This document shows, in pieces, positions 48,332-61,990 of a stretch of DNA of 64,000 nt. Made by a program: the position numbers and the translations under genes. Under the pieces are notes generated by a model that was not told the origin of the DNA, made no database searches, and worked only from the letters and a program-made list of their open reading frames with translations. Within the stretch, counting starts at the first letter, position 1. The number at the start of each line of letters is the position of its first letter. Origin of the DNA: Octopus sinensis (lineage: Eukaryota); assembly GCF_006345805.1 (NCBI RefSeq), contig NC_042997.1, positions 113,274,001 through 113,338,000 on the forward strand, read 5' to 3'.

Positions 48332-50830
48332 TATGCTTCAACACATGAACTCATATAAAGAATCTTGCTAACCAAATCCAAAAACGAAACATAGTTGAAA
48401 GGATGAACGTCAAAGTAGACTCTGGTGGGCTTTGAACTCAGAATGCACAAAGCTGAGTCAAACACCACAAATATTTCGCCTGATCCTTTATGATCTTAGT
48501 TGATTCACTACCCTAGATTGGCTGGTACTTTATTTATTAACCCCAGAGGCATGAAAAGCAAAGTTAACCTCCATAGGATTTGAACCTCAAGTGTAGAAAC
48601 CTAGGAAGAACACTGAAAGATATTTTCATCCGATTTTCTATCAACTCTGCCATGTCGATGCAGAGCATTGCTCACTTGTCTGCTGCTGTTATGTCTCCCC
48701 CAATGCCCCGTCCCCTCTCAAAGTTACTTAGTGATCCTGTTAGTGCAGGTGCCACTTAAAAAGCATCCCATCCACACTGTAAAGTGGTTGGCATTTGGAA
48801 GGGCATCCAGCTGTAAAGATCATGCCAGAACTGATCTCACCTGTGCTGGTGCCATGTACTGGATGGTTGGCGTTAGGAAGGGCATCCAGCCGTAAAACCC
48901 CTGCCAAACACAGACACAGAAGCCTGGTGCAGTCTTCTGCTTGGCTAACTCCTGTCAAACTGTCCTACCCATGCCAGCATGGCAAACGGACATTAAATGA
49001 TGGTGATGATGATGATGATGATCAATCTAAAACCTGAAGTTTTTTCTAGACTGAATCTAAGACAAAGAACCATCAGCCTTCCCCTAAAACACAACAAATA
49101 CTGTTACCTGGATAGGAAGTTTCCTCTCTCTTTCTATATGCTACCACTACTATAACGATGTCAGCTTCTCCATGTTAATAACCTGACAGTTGTGAACCAA
49201 TCTCTTTCCTTTCTTTGACTATATTTTATCCAGGATGTCCACGCCAGCATTCAGTAAAGTATTTTTCCAGTGAGTGTGTTGTATCATATATTAGAGAAAT
49301 TACATTTCCAAGTAAAATATAGATTGCACATTGTGGTTTTACAATTCTTTCTGGAAATATTTTTCTAAAGATAAAAACGTCTCTCATGAAATGACTCCAT
49401 TATTTACACGCCAATCTATGCAGCAGTTCCAGAATTTTCTGAAAATATAAATTAATTATACATGTGCTCATACATCGTCATTGTCATCGTTGTCGTTGTC
49501 GTTGGCAGTGTCGCTTAACATCCATCTTCCATGCATGCATGGATAGGACAGATGACAGGGGCTGGCCAGGTAGAAAAACCACCATAGGCTACTGTGTCTG
49601 TTTTGGCAGGGATGTATGGGTTAGATGAATATATTAGTAAGGCATTGTTTCACACCCAAAAGCCCTTCCTGTCACTAATTCATACAAAGCATTTCTTATT
49701 TCACATGTCTACAAAAGTGCAAAGCAAGAAAACAGTTTGTCGACAAGGTAGTGTCCTCCAGCTCAACATCAGCAACCTGGTCGTTTGCTGCCTTCATTGG
49801 AATCCACTCTTTTGTTAACATTCAAACTGTGTTTCTGATCTGAGAATAAATTTTGTCTTCTACTCCTACCAGTCTCCAAGACCCTAAAAAGGGTTACAGA
49901 CACTCCCTTTCATCAATTAAGTTAATAAAATTTCAGGATATTTTTATAGATTAAATTTATTAAAATATCTCCAAATAATCTGAGTTATTCTCTAATTACA
50001 AGAAATCCACAAAATATTTTCTCATTTGGCAAAATACACATTTTAGTAAATTCTCTTTCAGTTTTACATTTTTTCAGTTTTATTTTTCCAATTTTTAACA
50101 CTAGTACATCAATAAAAATAGCTTTTTATAAAAATTTTGGTGGTGGTGATGGTGGTGCATTACTTTATTTAGAAATAAGGAACTTACGTGAACTTATATT
50201 TCATAACTATCATGACTGATATATTTTTGCCGTGAGTGATGGTTTGTACGATGATTTAATGCAGTAAAAACCAAAAAAGAAAGGAAAAAAGTAACTCCAT
50301 GCAATGCAGTTTCCATGCAGCTGCATGACGTCACTTTTTACAGAACCGACTCAACTGCCAATATGTAGCTGCATTCCATTTATGGTGAGATTTTTGCTTT
50401 TCTGGAAACATTCTTCATCAGATAAATCTCTCATGCAATCTGAATTTTCTGTTCATTGGAATCAAAATTTGCACCATCTCCAGAAATTTTGAGATGCTGA
50501 AAAAGGAAAGAAAAACAAAAGAAGACAAATAACATTGGAGGAAATGCATCCATCATCATCATCATCATCGTTTAACGTTCGTTTTCCATACTAGCATGGG
50601 TTGGATGGTTCAACTGGGGTCTGGGAAGCCAGAGGGCTGCGTCAGGCTCCAACCTGATCTGGCAGTGTTTCTACAGCTCGATGCCCTTCCTAATGCCAAC
50701 CACTCCATGAGTGTAGTGGGTGCTTTTTACGTGCCAGGCAAGGCTGGCAATGGCCATGATCGGTTGGTGGTTTTCATTTAATACTAAATGAATAGCACAA
50801 GCATACACACACACACTCACACAGAGTATA

Positions 50831-51439
50831 TCGGGTCATTCCCAAAAGAATGCAGTTTTTTCGATTGCATGAATGAAGGGTCTTCATCCCTGTAAGATGT
50901 TGTTATTTGTTTGGTGGGATATGAAGGGTTTAGTCCATTTTGAACTTTTAAACCCAAACCAAACGATAACAAGGGAGATCTACTGCGAACAGTTTGAGCA
51001 GCTTAAGTCAGCACTAGAAGGAAAACGGTCGTCTCTGGTTTTAAGACGAAAAGTGTTCTTCCATCTGGATAATGCTTGACCACATACAGCGAAGATGACA
51101 TTCCAAAGGCTGGAGAAGTTTGAATGGGAAACAATGCCCCACCCACCATATTCACTGGACATTGCCCCATCTGATTATCATTTATTCCACAAGCTTCAAA
51201 ATCATTTGGATGGAATAAATATGTATTTTGTAGATGAGGTCAGGACAGTACTAGGGGATTATCTTTCATCATGGACAAGTGAATTTTGGAAGAGGGGCTT
51301 TGCAAGTCTACCAGATAGATGGAAGAGCATTGTAAGAAATGAAGGAGTGTATATTTTAGACTAAAAATGAACTTTGTTTATCTTAATTTTGAAAAATAAA
51401 AGAAGTATAAAAATCTGCATTATTTATGGGATGACCCAA
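50831..51439 (+). mobile_element. internally deleted mariner element (same family as 33561-35260)
   Basis: TA-flanked TIRs (tcgggtcattccc... and ...ttatttatgggatgacccaa). Transposase remnants LFVWWDMKGLVHFELL..FHLDNA and HPPYSLDIAPSDYHLF. Confidence 0.9.
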
Positions 51440-52390
51440 TACATATACATGCTCATATGCACATACATACACATACATTAAGGTTTACTGTGACCTGTTC
51501 ATGTGCTGTCAACCACCTTGATTTCCCTATCAAGATCTGTTATGAATCCCAGGATTCATATGGACAGATCTTATGATGGCTGCTATAGTGTATGAGTGGC
51601 TGAGGTTACAACACAACACCTTGGATGGGATGCCAGTCCTTTGCAGGGTTAACTTTCCATCTATTGCTGGAACTCATTTAAAAAACTGGCATTCTGTTGC
51701 TTATGATAACAAGGGTTCCAGCTGATCCAATCAACAGAACAACAGTCTGCTTGTGAAATTAACGTACAAGTGGCTGAGCGCTCCACAGACATGCGTACCC
51801 TTAATGTAGTTCTCAGGAAGATTCAATGTGACAAGTCTGGCCCTTTTGAATTACAGGTACAGCTCATTTTTGCCAGCTGAGTGGACTGGAGCAATGTGGA
51901 ATAAAGTATCTTGCTCAAGGACACAACGCACCACTGGGGATTGAACTCATGCCCTTATGACAGTGAGCCAAATACCTTAATCAGCAAGCCCTATGCCTTC
52001 ACACTCACATTACAAACTGATAGACCAACACTCCAAGCAGTCCTGTTCTCCTTCTCGTCTCAAAGCCTAACCTCCATCAAATTGTAACCGTCTCTGCATT
52101 TATCAGGTTATCCAACCACGGCTTCATCACAACTGACCAACACACATTCACAAACTACACAGTGCTCTCCCTCCCCAGATCCTGTGGCACCGCAAATCAA
52201 CTATATGGCCAGAACTCCACCAGTTTTAATGCCAACATCCCAGGCAGATGACCAAAGCCATTCTTTTAGGCATGTTCCCTCCACATGCCACCCACAACAA
52301 AAACTCTATGTCCCAAGTCCCCCAAGCAGTTCCCTCATAGCTGTACTGCAACTATTCAGGCAGAAAACTGGGACTGTGACAAGAAATCTC

Positions 52391-52662
52391 GGTACTACTT
52401 AAGAAGAGTGATCCCGGTGCACGCACTTGTGTACTCGTGCATCCGCACTAGCTAGTCATGACTAGTCGATCCATACTTTGTGTTTTTGTGTTTTATTTAC
52501 TTTGTTTAAAAAAATTATTTACTTTGTGTAAAAAAATCATTTATTCTGTGTTTTATTTACTTTGCTAGGTAGTCGTTGTAGGATCGACTAGTCATGACTA
52601 GCTAGCACGGATGCATGAGTACGCGAGTGCGCACACTGGAACCACTCTTCTTAAGTAGTGCC
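52391..52662. mobile_element. 272-bp MITE with ~83-bp TIRs and a perfect 8-bp target-site duplication
   Basis: Termini GGTACTACTTAAGAAGAGTG... and ...CACTCTTCTTAAGTAGTGCC. GAAATCTC at 52383-52390 and 52663-52670. Confidence 0.9.
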
Positions 52663-54139
52663 GAAATCTCAAAGCCACCAAAATCAAGTTTAAATCTGTA
52701 GAAAATAACAGGAACCAACCTACATCTGTCAACTCCCTGGATGTAATAACACTGAAGCTAACCTCAGACCTCTGTGAATCTTATGTAAGACTTAACAACT
52801 AATGTCTCTATATAGATGCAGGTGTGGCTGTGTGGTAAGAAACTTGTTTCCCAACCACATGGTTCTGGGTTCAGTCCCACTGCATGACACATTGAGCAAG
52901 TGTCTTCTTCTATAGCCTTGGGCCAATCAAAGCCTTGTGAGTGAATTTGGTAGACAGAAACTAAAGGAATCCCTTTGTGTATGTGTGTGTGTATGCATGC
53001 GTTTTTGTGTCACTGTTTGTTCTCAACTCTATTTGACAACTGGTGTTGACATGTTTATATCCCTGTAACTTAGCAGTTGAGCAAAAGAGAATGATAGAAT
53101 AAGTATCAGTCTTAAAGAATTATTTAATAACAAATGCTAATAACAATAAGTATTAACAATCTCTCCTTTGATGAAGCAGCTTTTCACATGGATGAGCATA
53201 AGTACAGCTAGACTCTCATCCATAGACAGTTCAAAAGCACAAAAATATACAACTCACCCATCATAACAACAAAGAACTCACTAGAGAAAGTCATTTTGAT
53301 TTGGTTCAATCCACCATGCTACAAAAATGTTATAACCTGCATAACAAATTAGCATCTCTTCTTATTCAATAAACACTTCCACAAATACAACTAAACTTTA
53401 TGATTCATCCAGGAGCAGTTATTCCACATCCACTACTTTAACGCAAATCATTTCATTGTATAGCATCAATATTTTTCAAAATAATGCGAAACAAATAGAA
53501 GTTTACTGTAATTGTTAAAACACTGGGGTGTCTCCCTTGGATAACCAGTGCATAAGTATCTGCATTGTGTATTGTACTATTCCAATGGTAAATCAAACTT
53601 CTGTGCTGTGTCTTACACTTGCTTCTCAGAAAACACATTTAAGAATCTACTATACCAGTATTTTAACTTCTTTCAACAGGATCAAAAAAAAGAAAACAGC
53701 TCATTGTTCTCAAAGCACATCTGGCAAAAGAAAGATACAGGTAAGTCTACTGATATTGTATGGTTTGAGTAGAACAGAGTTCTCTCATACAAAAATTATC
53801 GAAATGGTGTAATTTATGTTGGGCTGAGAAATATCACATCATAAACACTGCTTTACTAGTAATGTTTAGACATGAAGAGGTGATAACAATTTGTAAACAC
53901 AGTGGACAAGTTTGTATCTTTTCTCCAAGTAATAGATGGAAAACCAATGATGAGCAATATCACATGGTGCTCCATTGCCTTTTGCCTCAACTGTTATGAA
54001 TGAGTTTGCTGAAGATAAGATTTATGTCTGAATTCTTGTATCCTAGCATGAAACTATGGTTACAAAAATAGACACAAGCACATTTTTGCATGTATATATG
54101 TATGTGTCTATGTCTGTTTATAATGTATATATGTATGTA

Positions 54140-55170
54140 CAGTACCGTGCAAAAGTCTTTGGTTACTTTAAACTAATGTAAATTTCTACTAATTGCCAAC
54201 TTATAAGTGAATGTTTCACATCATGTTTTTTAGAGATGAAACATTGGCCCTGTTGGAGTCATTTCCACATCTAACCATTATATTTTGTAGTAGAGGTTCT
54301 GAATGAAAGAAGATGCAAGATGACCACCAAAAATAGCCATGCAAAAGTTTTCAGCCACCTCACATAAACCAATCAAGATACAGTGTTTTAAAACAGAAAA
54401 AATGACTATAAGAAAAATTTATTACATAATGTTCATTTCAAGAAGTTACTGCACATTGTTAATATTTCGTGTGACTTTCCTTAGCTTGAAAAATTGCTTC
54501 AATGCACCTGGGAAGAGATGTGTACAAATCCTTCAACATCTTGACAGGTATGAGATGCCATTCTCTGTGGCTGAGCACCCACAACTCTTCAAGATTGTGT
54601 GGCTTCTTCTGACGAATGAATTCTTCTCTGTAGTTCTGTCCACATTTGCTCAATGATATTAAGTCAGGTTTCTGAGCTGGCCAATCTTTCAATATGGTAA
54701 CACTTTCATCAGCCAGACTCTGTTGTGTTGCATGCAATCTGTGGCATGGAGCTCCATCATACTGACAAATCTCTCATCTTCATCCAAGTCTGGTATCAAA
54801 TTGTTCTTCAACAACTGGGTGTATTTGGCACTATTCAAGTTACTGTAAATTTTAACCAACTTTCTTGAACCATCATTTTTAAAGTATTCCCAAAGCATCA
54901 GACTCTTACCTCCAGACTTCACTGTTTTCATCATGTAATGTGGCTCATTTCACTTTCTAATAAGTGAGAATTTGTCAGAAGGTCTCCAGGAAAGCACATC
55001 TTCCCCTCTCATTCAAAAACCCTTCTACAAGATATAATGGTTAGTTATGGAAATGACTCCAACAGGGCCAATGTTTCATTTGTAAAAAACACGATGTGAA
55101 ACATTCACTTATAAGTTAGCAATTAGTAGAAATTTACAATAATTTAAAGTGGCCGAAGACTTTTGCATGT
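54140..55170 (-). mobile_element. decayed Tc1-like transposon with ~150-bp TIRs
   Basis: ta|CAGTACCGTGCAAAAGTCTTTGG at 54140, with its inverted copy at about 55020-55167. Remnants KTVKSGGKSLMLW..NLNSAKYTQLLKNNLIP and DWPAQKPDL. Confidence 0.85.
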
Positions 55171-55182
55171 AGCTAGGCATGC

Positions 55183-55215
<33 letters not shown>

Positions 55216-55399
55216 TGTATGTATGTATGTATGTATGTATGTATGTATGTATGTATGTATGTCATTATTCAGTTTATTTCAAGATCTCTTTCCAATAGAA
55301 AAAGAACCGGTTTCTAGCCTAGATCCAAGGCTCCTCCATTGGAATTTTAACATCAACAACAGGGTATTTTTGTTTGTATGTATGTACAGATTTATGTGT

Positions 55400-56010
55400 T
55401 TTATGTATGTATTCTCATGCATATAGTTGCATGTATAGACATGCTCATATATATATTTAAATGATAAACTTCTGGAAAGTTTTACAGATTTTTAGAGTTC
55501 CAGTGATGGATTGGATCTGTAGTCTTCTAATTAATTTTCTCCTTTCTGGTTTTGAGAAGCCTAATTTCTCAAGATTGGTATTTAGGCAGTGTGTTACATA
55601 TCCCAGGGCCCTAATAATTACAGGCATAAACCTGAACTTGTAATCTGGATAGAGTAACTGCAGATTTCTCAATAGTTCAGCGTAGGTATTCTCTTTTTCA
55701 CTGATCCTCAGCTTTATGTGAAACATCTGCTGGGCAGCTGATTTCCACAACTATATACAGTTTCTCTTCTCTATCCCAAATCATTATATCAGGTCTGTTG
55801 TGCTTACATTTTATTGAGGTCTTCACTGGGACATCACACCAGTACTCCTTTTTATTATGAGTGGCTATGGCTTCTACCATATCGTGGGTTCTTATTTCTT
55901 TGTCCTCAGGATTATCCTTCCAACGGACTTCATTATAGAGTGTCCTATCGACAACATCATGTCTCATCGGTAGATAATACTGTGATGACATTTTTGGACA
56001 ACTGCTTATG
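55400..56010 (-). mobile_element. R4/Dong-type RLE fragment
   Basis: RHDVV..EYWCDVPVKTSIKCKHNRPDIMIWDREEK..VVEISCPAD, then YAELLRNLQLLYPDYKFRFMPVIIRALG. Confidence 0.85.
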
Positions 56011-56057
56011 ATGTGCATGATATCTTCAGTGTATGTATTTATGTATGTATATAAATA

Positions 56058-56203
56058 CAAGGGGGTGGGGCTGAAAAGTTCTTGGCTTTGGATAAAAGAA
56101 AATACAAGAGGATCAGTTGGTTATGATTTTATTCAACATATTCCTGTCTCAGACCAGGCCTTTCACAAGACCCTTAAAACCAGGAACTTTTCATCACCCT
56201 TCG
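56058..56203. mobile_element. 146-bp mariner-type MITE
   Basis: TA-flanked imperfect TIRs caagggggtggggctgaaaagttct and aggaacttttcatcacccttcg. Related longer fragment at about 32935-33125. Confidence 0.75.
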
Positions 56204-56664
56204 TATATATGTATATAAGCATATATATATATATGTATGTATGTATGTATGTATCATCTCTCTATCCTTCCATCTATCTATCTATATACACACACACACA
56301 AAAGAAAGAAAGAAAGAAATGGGTGGCTGGGAATGTGAAAGAAGAAAAAGATCTAAGCTATCTATTCTGTTATTGCATCCAAGAATGGAAAATATGGTTA
56401 TGGAATCAAGGTACATGTGTCTTTTATTTAGTAATCAGGCAGTAATTATCTGGCTTTATAAGCAGGCTTTCATTCCGTTGCAAATCTCAAGCATCCTATA
56501 TTCTCTCTCTCTCTCTCCCTCCCTCTCTCCTCTCCCTCTCTCCCTTCCTCCCTCTCTCTCATTATTTCCTTTACCGTTTCTTTTTCTTTCTTTACTTGAA
56601 TGCTTTCTCTTCCATAATCTTCTACTAAATTGGCCCTCTTTCAAAACAAGGAAGCATTACAGAC

Positions 56665-56780
56665 ATGGTGGTGGAGGTGGTGGTGGAGGTGGTGGTGGAG
56701 GTGGTGGTGGAGGTGGTGGTGGAGGTGGTGGTGGAGGTGGTGGTGGAGGTGGTGGTGGAGGTGGTGGTGGTGGTGGTGGT
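56665..56780. repeat. (GGTGGTGGAGGT)n 12-bp G-rich minisatellite in a GGT-rich tract extending to ~57360
   Basis: Direct reading of the repeat. Confidence 0.95.
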
Positions 56781-57419
56781 TCATGGGAGTTCCGACTGTG
56801 GGGGTGGAATAATTGTTGAGTAATGGGTGGTGGTGTTGAAAGTGGTGGCTCTTTGAGGTAAAAGCAGTGGTAGTGGTGATGATGAAATAGTTGGCGGCAG
56901 CAGTGGTAGTAGCCTATGGTGATGATGATAGGGATGGCAGCAATGGTGGTGGGTGGTAGTGTTGGAGCCAGTGGTAGATAGTAATGGTAACTGTGCGGTT
57001 GTACTTTTAGTTAATGACCATTATGGTGGTGGGGAGTGGGGATGGTGTTGGTGGTGTTGGTGGAATTGTTGAAGTGGTGAACAATTGTGATAAGAATGGT
57101 CGGCAGTGGTGCTCATGAAGAAGAGGATGTAGAGGGTGGGTGTAACATAGTTGTGGTGGTGGTAGTGGTTCTGGTGGTGGTGGTGGTGGGGGTGGTGGAA
57201 ATTGAGATGGGCAGGAATGCTGGTGGGGTGGGGCTAGGTATTAATGGTGAGAGTTTGGTAGTTGCAGTGATAGGAACTGCTGTAGAAACAGTTCTCTTGG
57301 TGGTGATGTGAATGGGGAAGTGGTGGTGGTGAGGATGCCAGTTGTTATGGTAGCAGAGGGAATAATGAACATGACAAATTGAAGACATGAAGACATATAT
57401 TTTGCATAAGTTGTACGTG

Positions 57420-57720
57420 TGAACGTGTGTATGCCCACATGTGTGTGTGTGTATGCATATGTGTGTATGTATGCCTACGTGTGTGTGTGTGTATGCCTAT
57501 GTGTGAGCATGTATATGCCTACATGTGTGTGTGTGTGTGTGTATGCCTACGTGTGAGTGTGTGTATGCCTATGTGTGAGTGTGTGTATGCCTATGTGTGA
57601 GCATATATATGCCTACATGTGTGTGTGTGTATATGCCTACGTGTGTGTGTGTGTATGCCTACGTATGAGCATGTGTATACACAAGTGTGAATGTGTGTAT
57701 GCATACGTGTGAGTGTGTGT
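57420..57720. repeat. (TG)n-ATGCCTA(C/T) minisatellite
   Basis: More than 10 recurrences of tgtgtatgccta. Confidence 0.9.
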
Positions 57721-59778
57721 ATGAGGAAGAAATGATGTATTGAGTGAAAGTAATGTCCTTTCTAGACTTGGCAGTATATAAAAGCCGAGGAATGAAGAAG
57801 AAATGGAAAAAGAACTATTCTTGTGTGTGTGTGTGTGTTAGCAGCTGGAACTTATTGAAGCATGACTCTGAGTTTCACGTTGCCAATATTCAAACAAGTG
57901 AAGGATCGAAGTAGCTTGACAATATATAAGCAAAAATATTTATAAGCACATGGAGAAATGATTAGACATGAAAATTTGATTGGCAACCAAAAGTCATTAA
58001 AAAACATGTCTCATTTCATCGTCCTATATGCAGAACACAATGATATATTTATGTATTCACATACAAGAGCACGTGATAGGTTTATGTCTTTAATATTCTC
58101 TACTCCAAGAAAAGAGTTCACTAATATATTCATTCATCAACATACTCAGAGTAAGATTTCAAGGTCATAGTAAATCTGAGTACAATTAATTTCTGAAATG
58201 CAACTATGGATTGAAGTACTGGTAAATATAGTCACTACTGGAAAGTTAATGGTGAATTGCAATATTTTAATATAAATTACAACCAACCCCAATAATCTTT
58301 TGAAATTTAGCTAATAATATTAGTTAGTGCATATCCAGTTTTTCCTTTGACAAAGAATTCCTTAACTGTCTGCCCTTTATTACAGTGATACATTAAAAGA
58401 CAATGGCTTCAAAGACAGAATATGTTACAATCAGAACATTAGACACTGCAATAATAGAAAAATAAATAATATATGGTATAATGCACTGGGTAGTTTAAAT
58501 GTTTGTTTCAATGCTGCCAGGAATTTTGTAAACCTTGAAAATAACCATTTTCTTGTAGACCATGGATGTATTATCACTAGCGTAGTTAGGGTGTGTGCCT
58601 CCCAAGGCAGCCCTTCCATTTTCCACCCCTGGACCCCACAAAAAACACATATTGCCTACAGTAGACCCAAAAGTGCCACCTGAGTGGACCACCCCTACCA
58701 CCACCACCCCTATCTATGCTAGTGTGTATCACTGAAGTGAGCTACAGTTACAGCAAACAACTCCACTGCTTCCATAGCTAGATTAAATAAACGAGAACTT
58801 TCCAGTGTGAACACTCAGAATTCTCTATGTAATTTCAACAGCTCTAATATATTCCTTCTGTATGGTGTGTGTCTTTCTAAAGTATTAGTTTACTGGATTA
58901 AGGGCTGTGTTCCAAATAATAATAAAGCATAAAGCTGTACAGAGCTTATTGAAAATCCCTTTAAACAAAGTTTATCACAACATATGTATACATTCAGAAA
59001 CCCAGAAAGATGCCTTGTTTAATTTTGGCAGTTAAATTTCAACCCCACTTTAACCTCTTAGGTGTTGCTCTTTTATCTTTATAAATTCTTTCATAGCTGC
59101 TGTCTTGCTGAAGGTTATGTTCTTGTATTTCCTCTTAAGATTACTCATCATGTGACTCATTTTTTTTTGTTCTATTAATTCATATCCCTTCAATCCTGTT
59201 GTCTTCTCTTGTTAGAAGAGTTTCAACTCTAATTTCTTTCCTCAAACATCTACTTTATGGAACCCTGTTCCTTCTTGATTTCCTTAGGGATATAATTTTA
59301 TTTCTTCTAAATTCTGTTAATCACTTCATGGCTTTCAGGACAGCTTCTCATTAGATCCCTTTCCTTTGGCAGGTGGGGAGTGGCGCATAAGTGCAGAAAT
59401 GAAATTTGCTTAGGTGGTGCAAACCAGGTTCAACCCAAGATGTTTAAAACATTTTCATTGCTCCCACAAAAAAATTTTAGTGAGTGCACTTGCACCCTCT
59501 GTACTTCTTGTTTCAAGCTGGTGGGCGGGGGTGTGTGTGCATTTTCTTTTGTGGTTGCTTGAGGTCTGTAATATCGATGGTTATTCACCACTTTGTTGGA
59601 ACGGACTTGCAATAAAAATAATATCAGGAGTGGCTGTGTGGTAAGTAGGTTACTTCCCAACCACATGGTCCTGGGTTCAGTCCCACTGCATGGCACCTTG
59701 GGCAAGTGTCTTCTACTGTAGCTTCGGGCTGACCAAAGCCTTGTGAGTGGATTTGGTAGATGGAAACTGGAAGAAGCC

Positions 59779-59842
<64 letters not shown>

Positions 59843-60699
59843 TTACAATTTAAAAATATATATATATATATATGCATGTGTGTGTATATGTTTGTGTGTC
59901 TGTGTTTGTCCTCACAACATCACTTGGCAATCGATGCTGGTGTGTTTACATCCCTGTAATTTAGCAATTTGGCAAAAGAGACCGATAGAATAAGTACTAG
60001 GCTTACAAAAAATAAATTCAGGGCTCAATTTCCTTGACTAATGGTGGTGCTCCAGCATGGCCACAGCCAAATGGCTGAAACAAGTAAAAGAATAAAATTA
60101 AAGGATGATGATGATCTTCATCATTATCATTTAATGTCCATTTTCCATGCTGGTATGGGTCGGTTTGGAGCTGGCAAGTCAGAAGACTCTGCCAGACTCT
60201 ACTGCCTGCTTTGACATGGTTTTTTACTGCTGGATTCCCTTCTTAACACAAACCACTTTATAGGCTTGGAATAATATTAAAAATTATAAAGCCAAACATC
60301 TCCCTCCATTAATGGATGCAAAGGTTATGACATTTGTGTCTCTGAGAAATATAATCTCCAATTAGCCTCTATAGAAAATGGAAGATTCTTGCTGACTAAT
60401 TTTTAAATACCAAACTGTTAATATAGTTTATTTTCCACATAATGAATTTACCATACCATTAAAGATGGACACTATATTCAAAACAACTTTTACATTCAGT
60501 TACTGATCAACATTAAAACTTCGTTGACAATAACTATAATCCTTGCATTAACGTATTTTATAAATGATAGAGCAGCTAACCGACTTCCATGCCAAAGGCA
60601 CTTAAAAGGTACCATTTGAGCGTGATCGTTACCAGCGGTGCCTTACTAGCACTCTAGTTCTTGAATTAGGTATGGTATGTTGTGGGTCTTTTGATGTTA

Positions 60700-61140
60700 A
60701 CTGATTATTGGGGATTGCTGTTGCCACCATCTATTGTTTTTGTGCTGTCACAGTACTCTGGTCTGCTGCTGGTTCTGCTACTGTCCGTTGTTTGGTTTCT
60801 GCCTGGAGTGGCTAAAGTGCACTGAATATATAGTTTTGATCTTGGTCAGAACAAGTGCACCAAAGATGAATTTGTTGTTAGGACCAGTTCCTCGCAAAGT
60901 CTTGAATGGTCAGATTTTTTTTGATGATGTTGGTAATTTTCTAGTGAATCACAATCATATTCTGGAATTCAGTTCTATATTTAAGAGATGAAGAATTATG
61001 TACATTATTTACATTTGATGGATATTTGTCCTCATCTTATTTGTTGTTAACACATTTCAGCTGATATACCCCCCAGCCTTCATCAGGCATCTTGAGGAAA
61101 TTTTGAACCTGGATTCTAATTCCTAAGGTATTTTTTGATA
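60700..61140 (-). mobile_element. dispersed repeat with a hammerhead-like motif at its 5' side (PLE pseudo-LTR-like); partial sister at ~46300-46560
   Basis: 60750-60950 is colinear with 46310-46550. Minus strand 61092-61046: GATGC-CTGATGA-A-GGCTG-(10 nt)-CAGCT-GAAA-T-GTGTT. Confidence 0.6.
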
Positions 61141-61334
61141 TTATTATTATTATTATTATTATTATTATCATTATTTTTCTTCTTTTTTCAAATTTTCTTC
61201 CGTTTCTTGCCGAGTGTTTTCTGTACACCTAGGGCAGATAAGCTCATTGTATGCATTCCCAGATTACACGCGCAATTTTACAGGTAAAATATGTATTTAA
61301 AAATTAATAAATAAATAAATTCATGAATGGATGT

Positions 61335-61990
61335 TCTTTCACAACGATAATGCCCTTCTCAGTACATGAGCGGTTCCAGTTAATATGATTTTTTGCACAT
61401 CCTGTAGGGATGGTAAGCCTGGTATCATTTTCAAATAGGCTTCAGTACCTTTTTTTATCATTCCTAGAGATCCTGCAATCACTGGTACTGTAGTCGCCTT
61501 GAGATGCCACATTTTTTCAATTTCTATTAGCAGGTCTTTATATTTACTAATCTTGTCAAAATCTTTCGCCACTATATTGTGATCACAAGGAATACTCATG
61601 TCAATTAATAAACACATCTTTTTTGCCTGATCTTTTATAATAATATCCGGTTTATCAGCTTTTATAGTTTTGTCGGTATGTATTTTAATATCACACGATG
61701 GTTGTAAATGAACACCACTGTCATACAGGTGGTATTGTTTGTTTTTAGTCTTCCATAAAGGTGGAGGAGTCCTAGACCAATGACATGAAGGTGACTGTGG
61801 CCAAGTGCAAGATCTGTGCCATATCAAACAATGGTTGGGCATCAACAAGCTGTGGGGCAGCCTTGTCAATGATCATGGATGTTGCACTCTTGAGCACCAC
61901 TTGGTACCTGGTATGGAGGTCCAGAGAGGCAGTCTGCAGGGGGACGACAATCTCACCTGCCTATACATGCTGTCCTATACATGGCAAATT
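61335..61990 (-). mobile_element. R4/Dong-type RLE fragment
   Basis: HTDKTIKADKPDIIIKDQAKKMCLLIDMSIPCD..DKISKYKDLLIEIEKMWHLKATTVPVIAGSLG..LRRALSL*. Confidence 0.9.

Noticed and set aside
49100-50520. Minus-strand acceptor-like sites near 49440, 49885 and 50490
   Set aside because: All three frames close soon after each acceptor. These could be non-coding exons, but sequence alone cannot support that.
54677-54716. Hammerhead-like CTGG-CTGATGA...GAAA...CCAG on the minus strand
   Set aside because: No NUH triplet before stem I and a weak stem II. It lies within Tc1 transposase coding sequence (LADESVTILKDWPAQ), so it is likely chance.
56241-56819. 192-aa ORF with a poly-Gly run
   Set aside because: Product of (CT)n and (GGTGGTGGAGGT)n repeats; no protein family signal.
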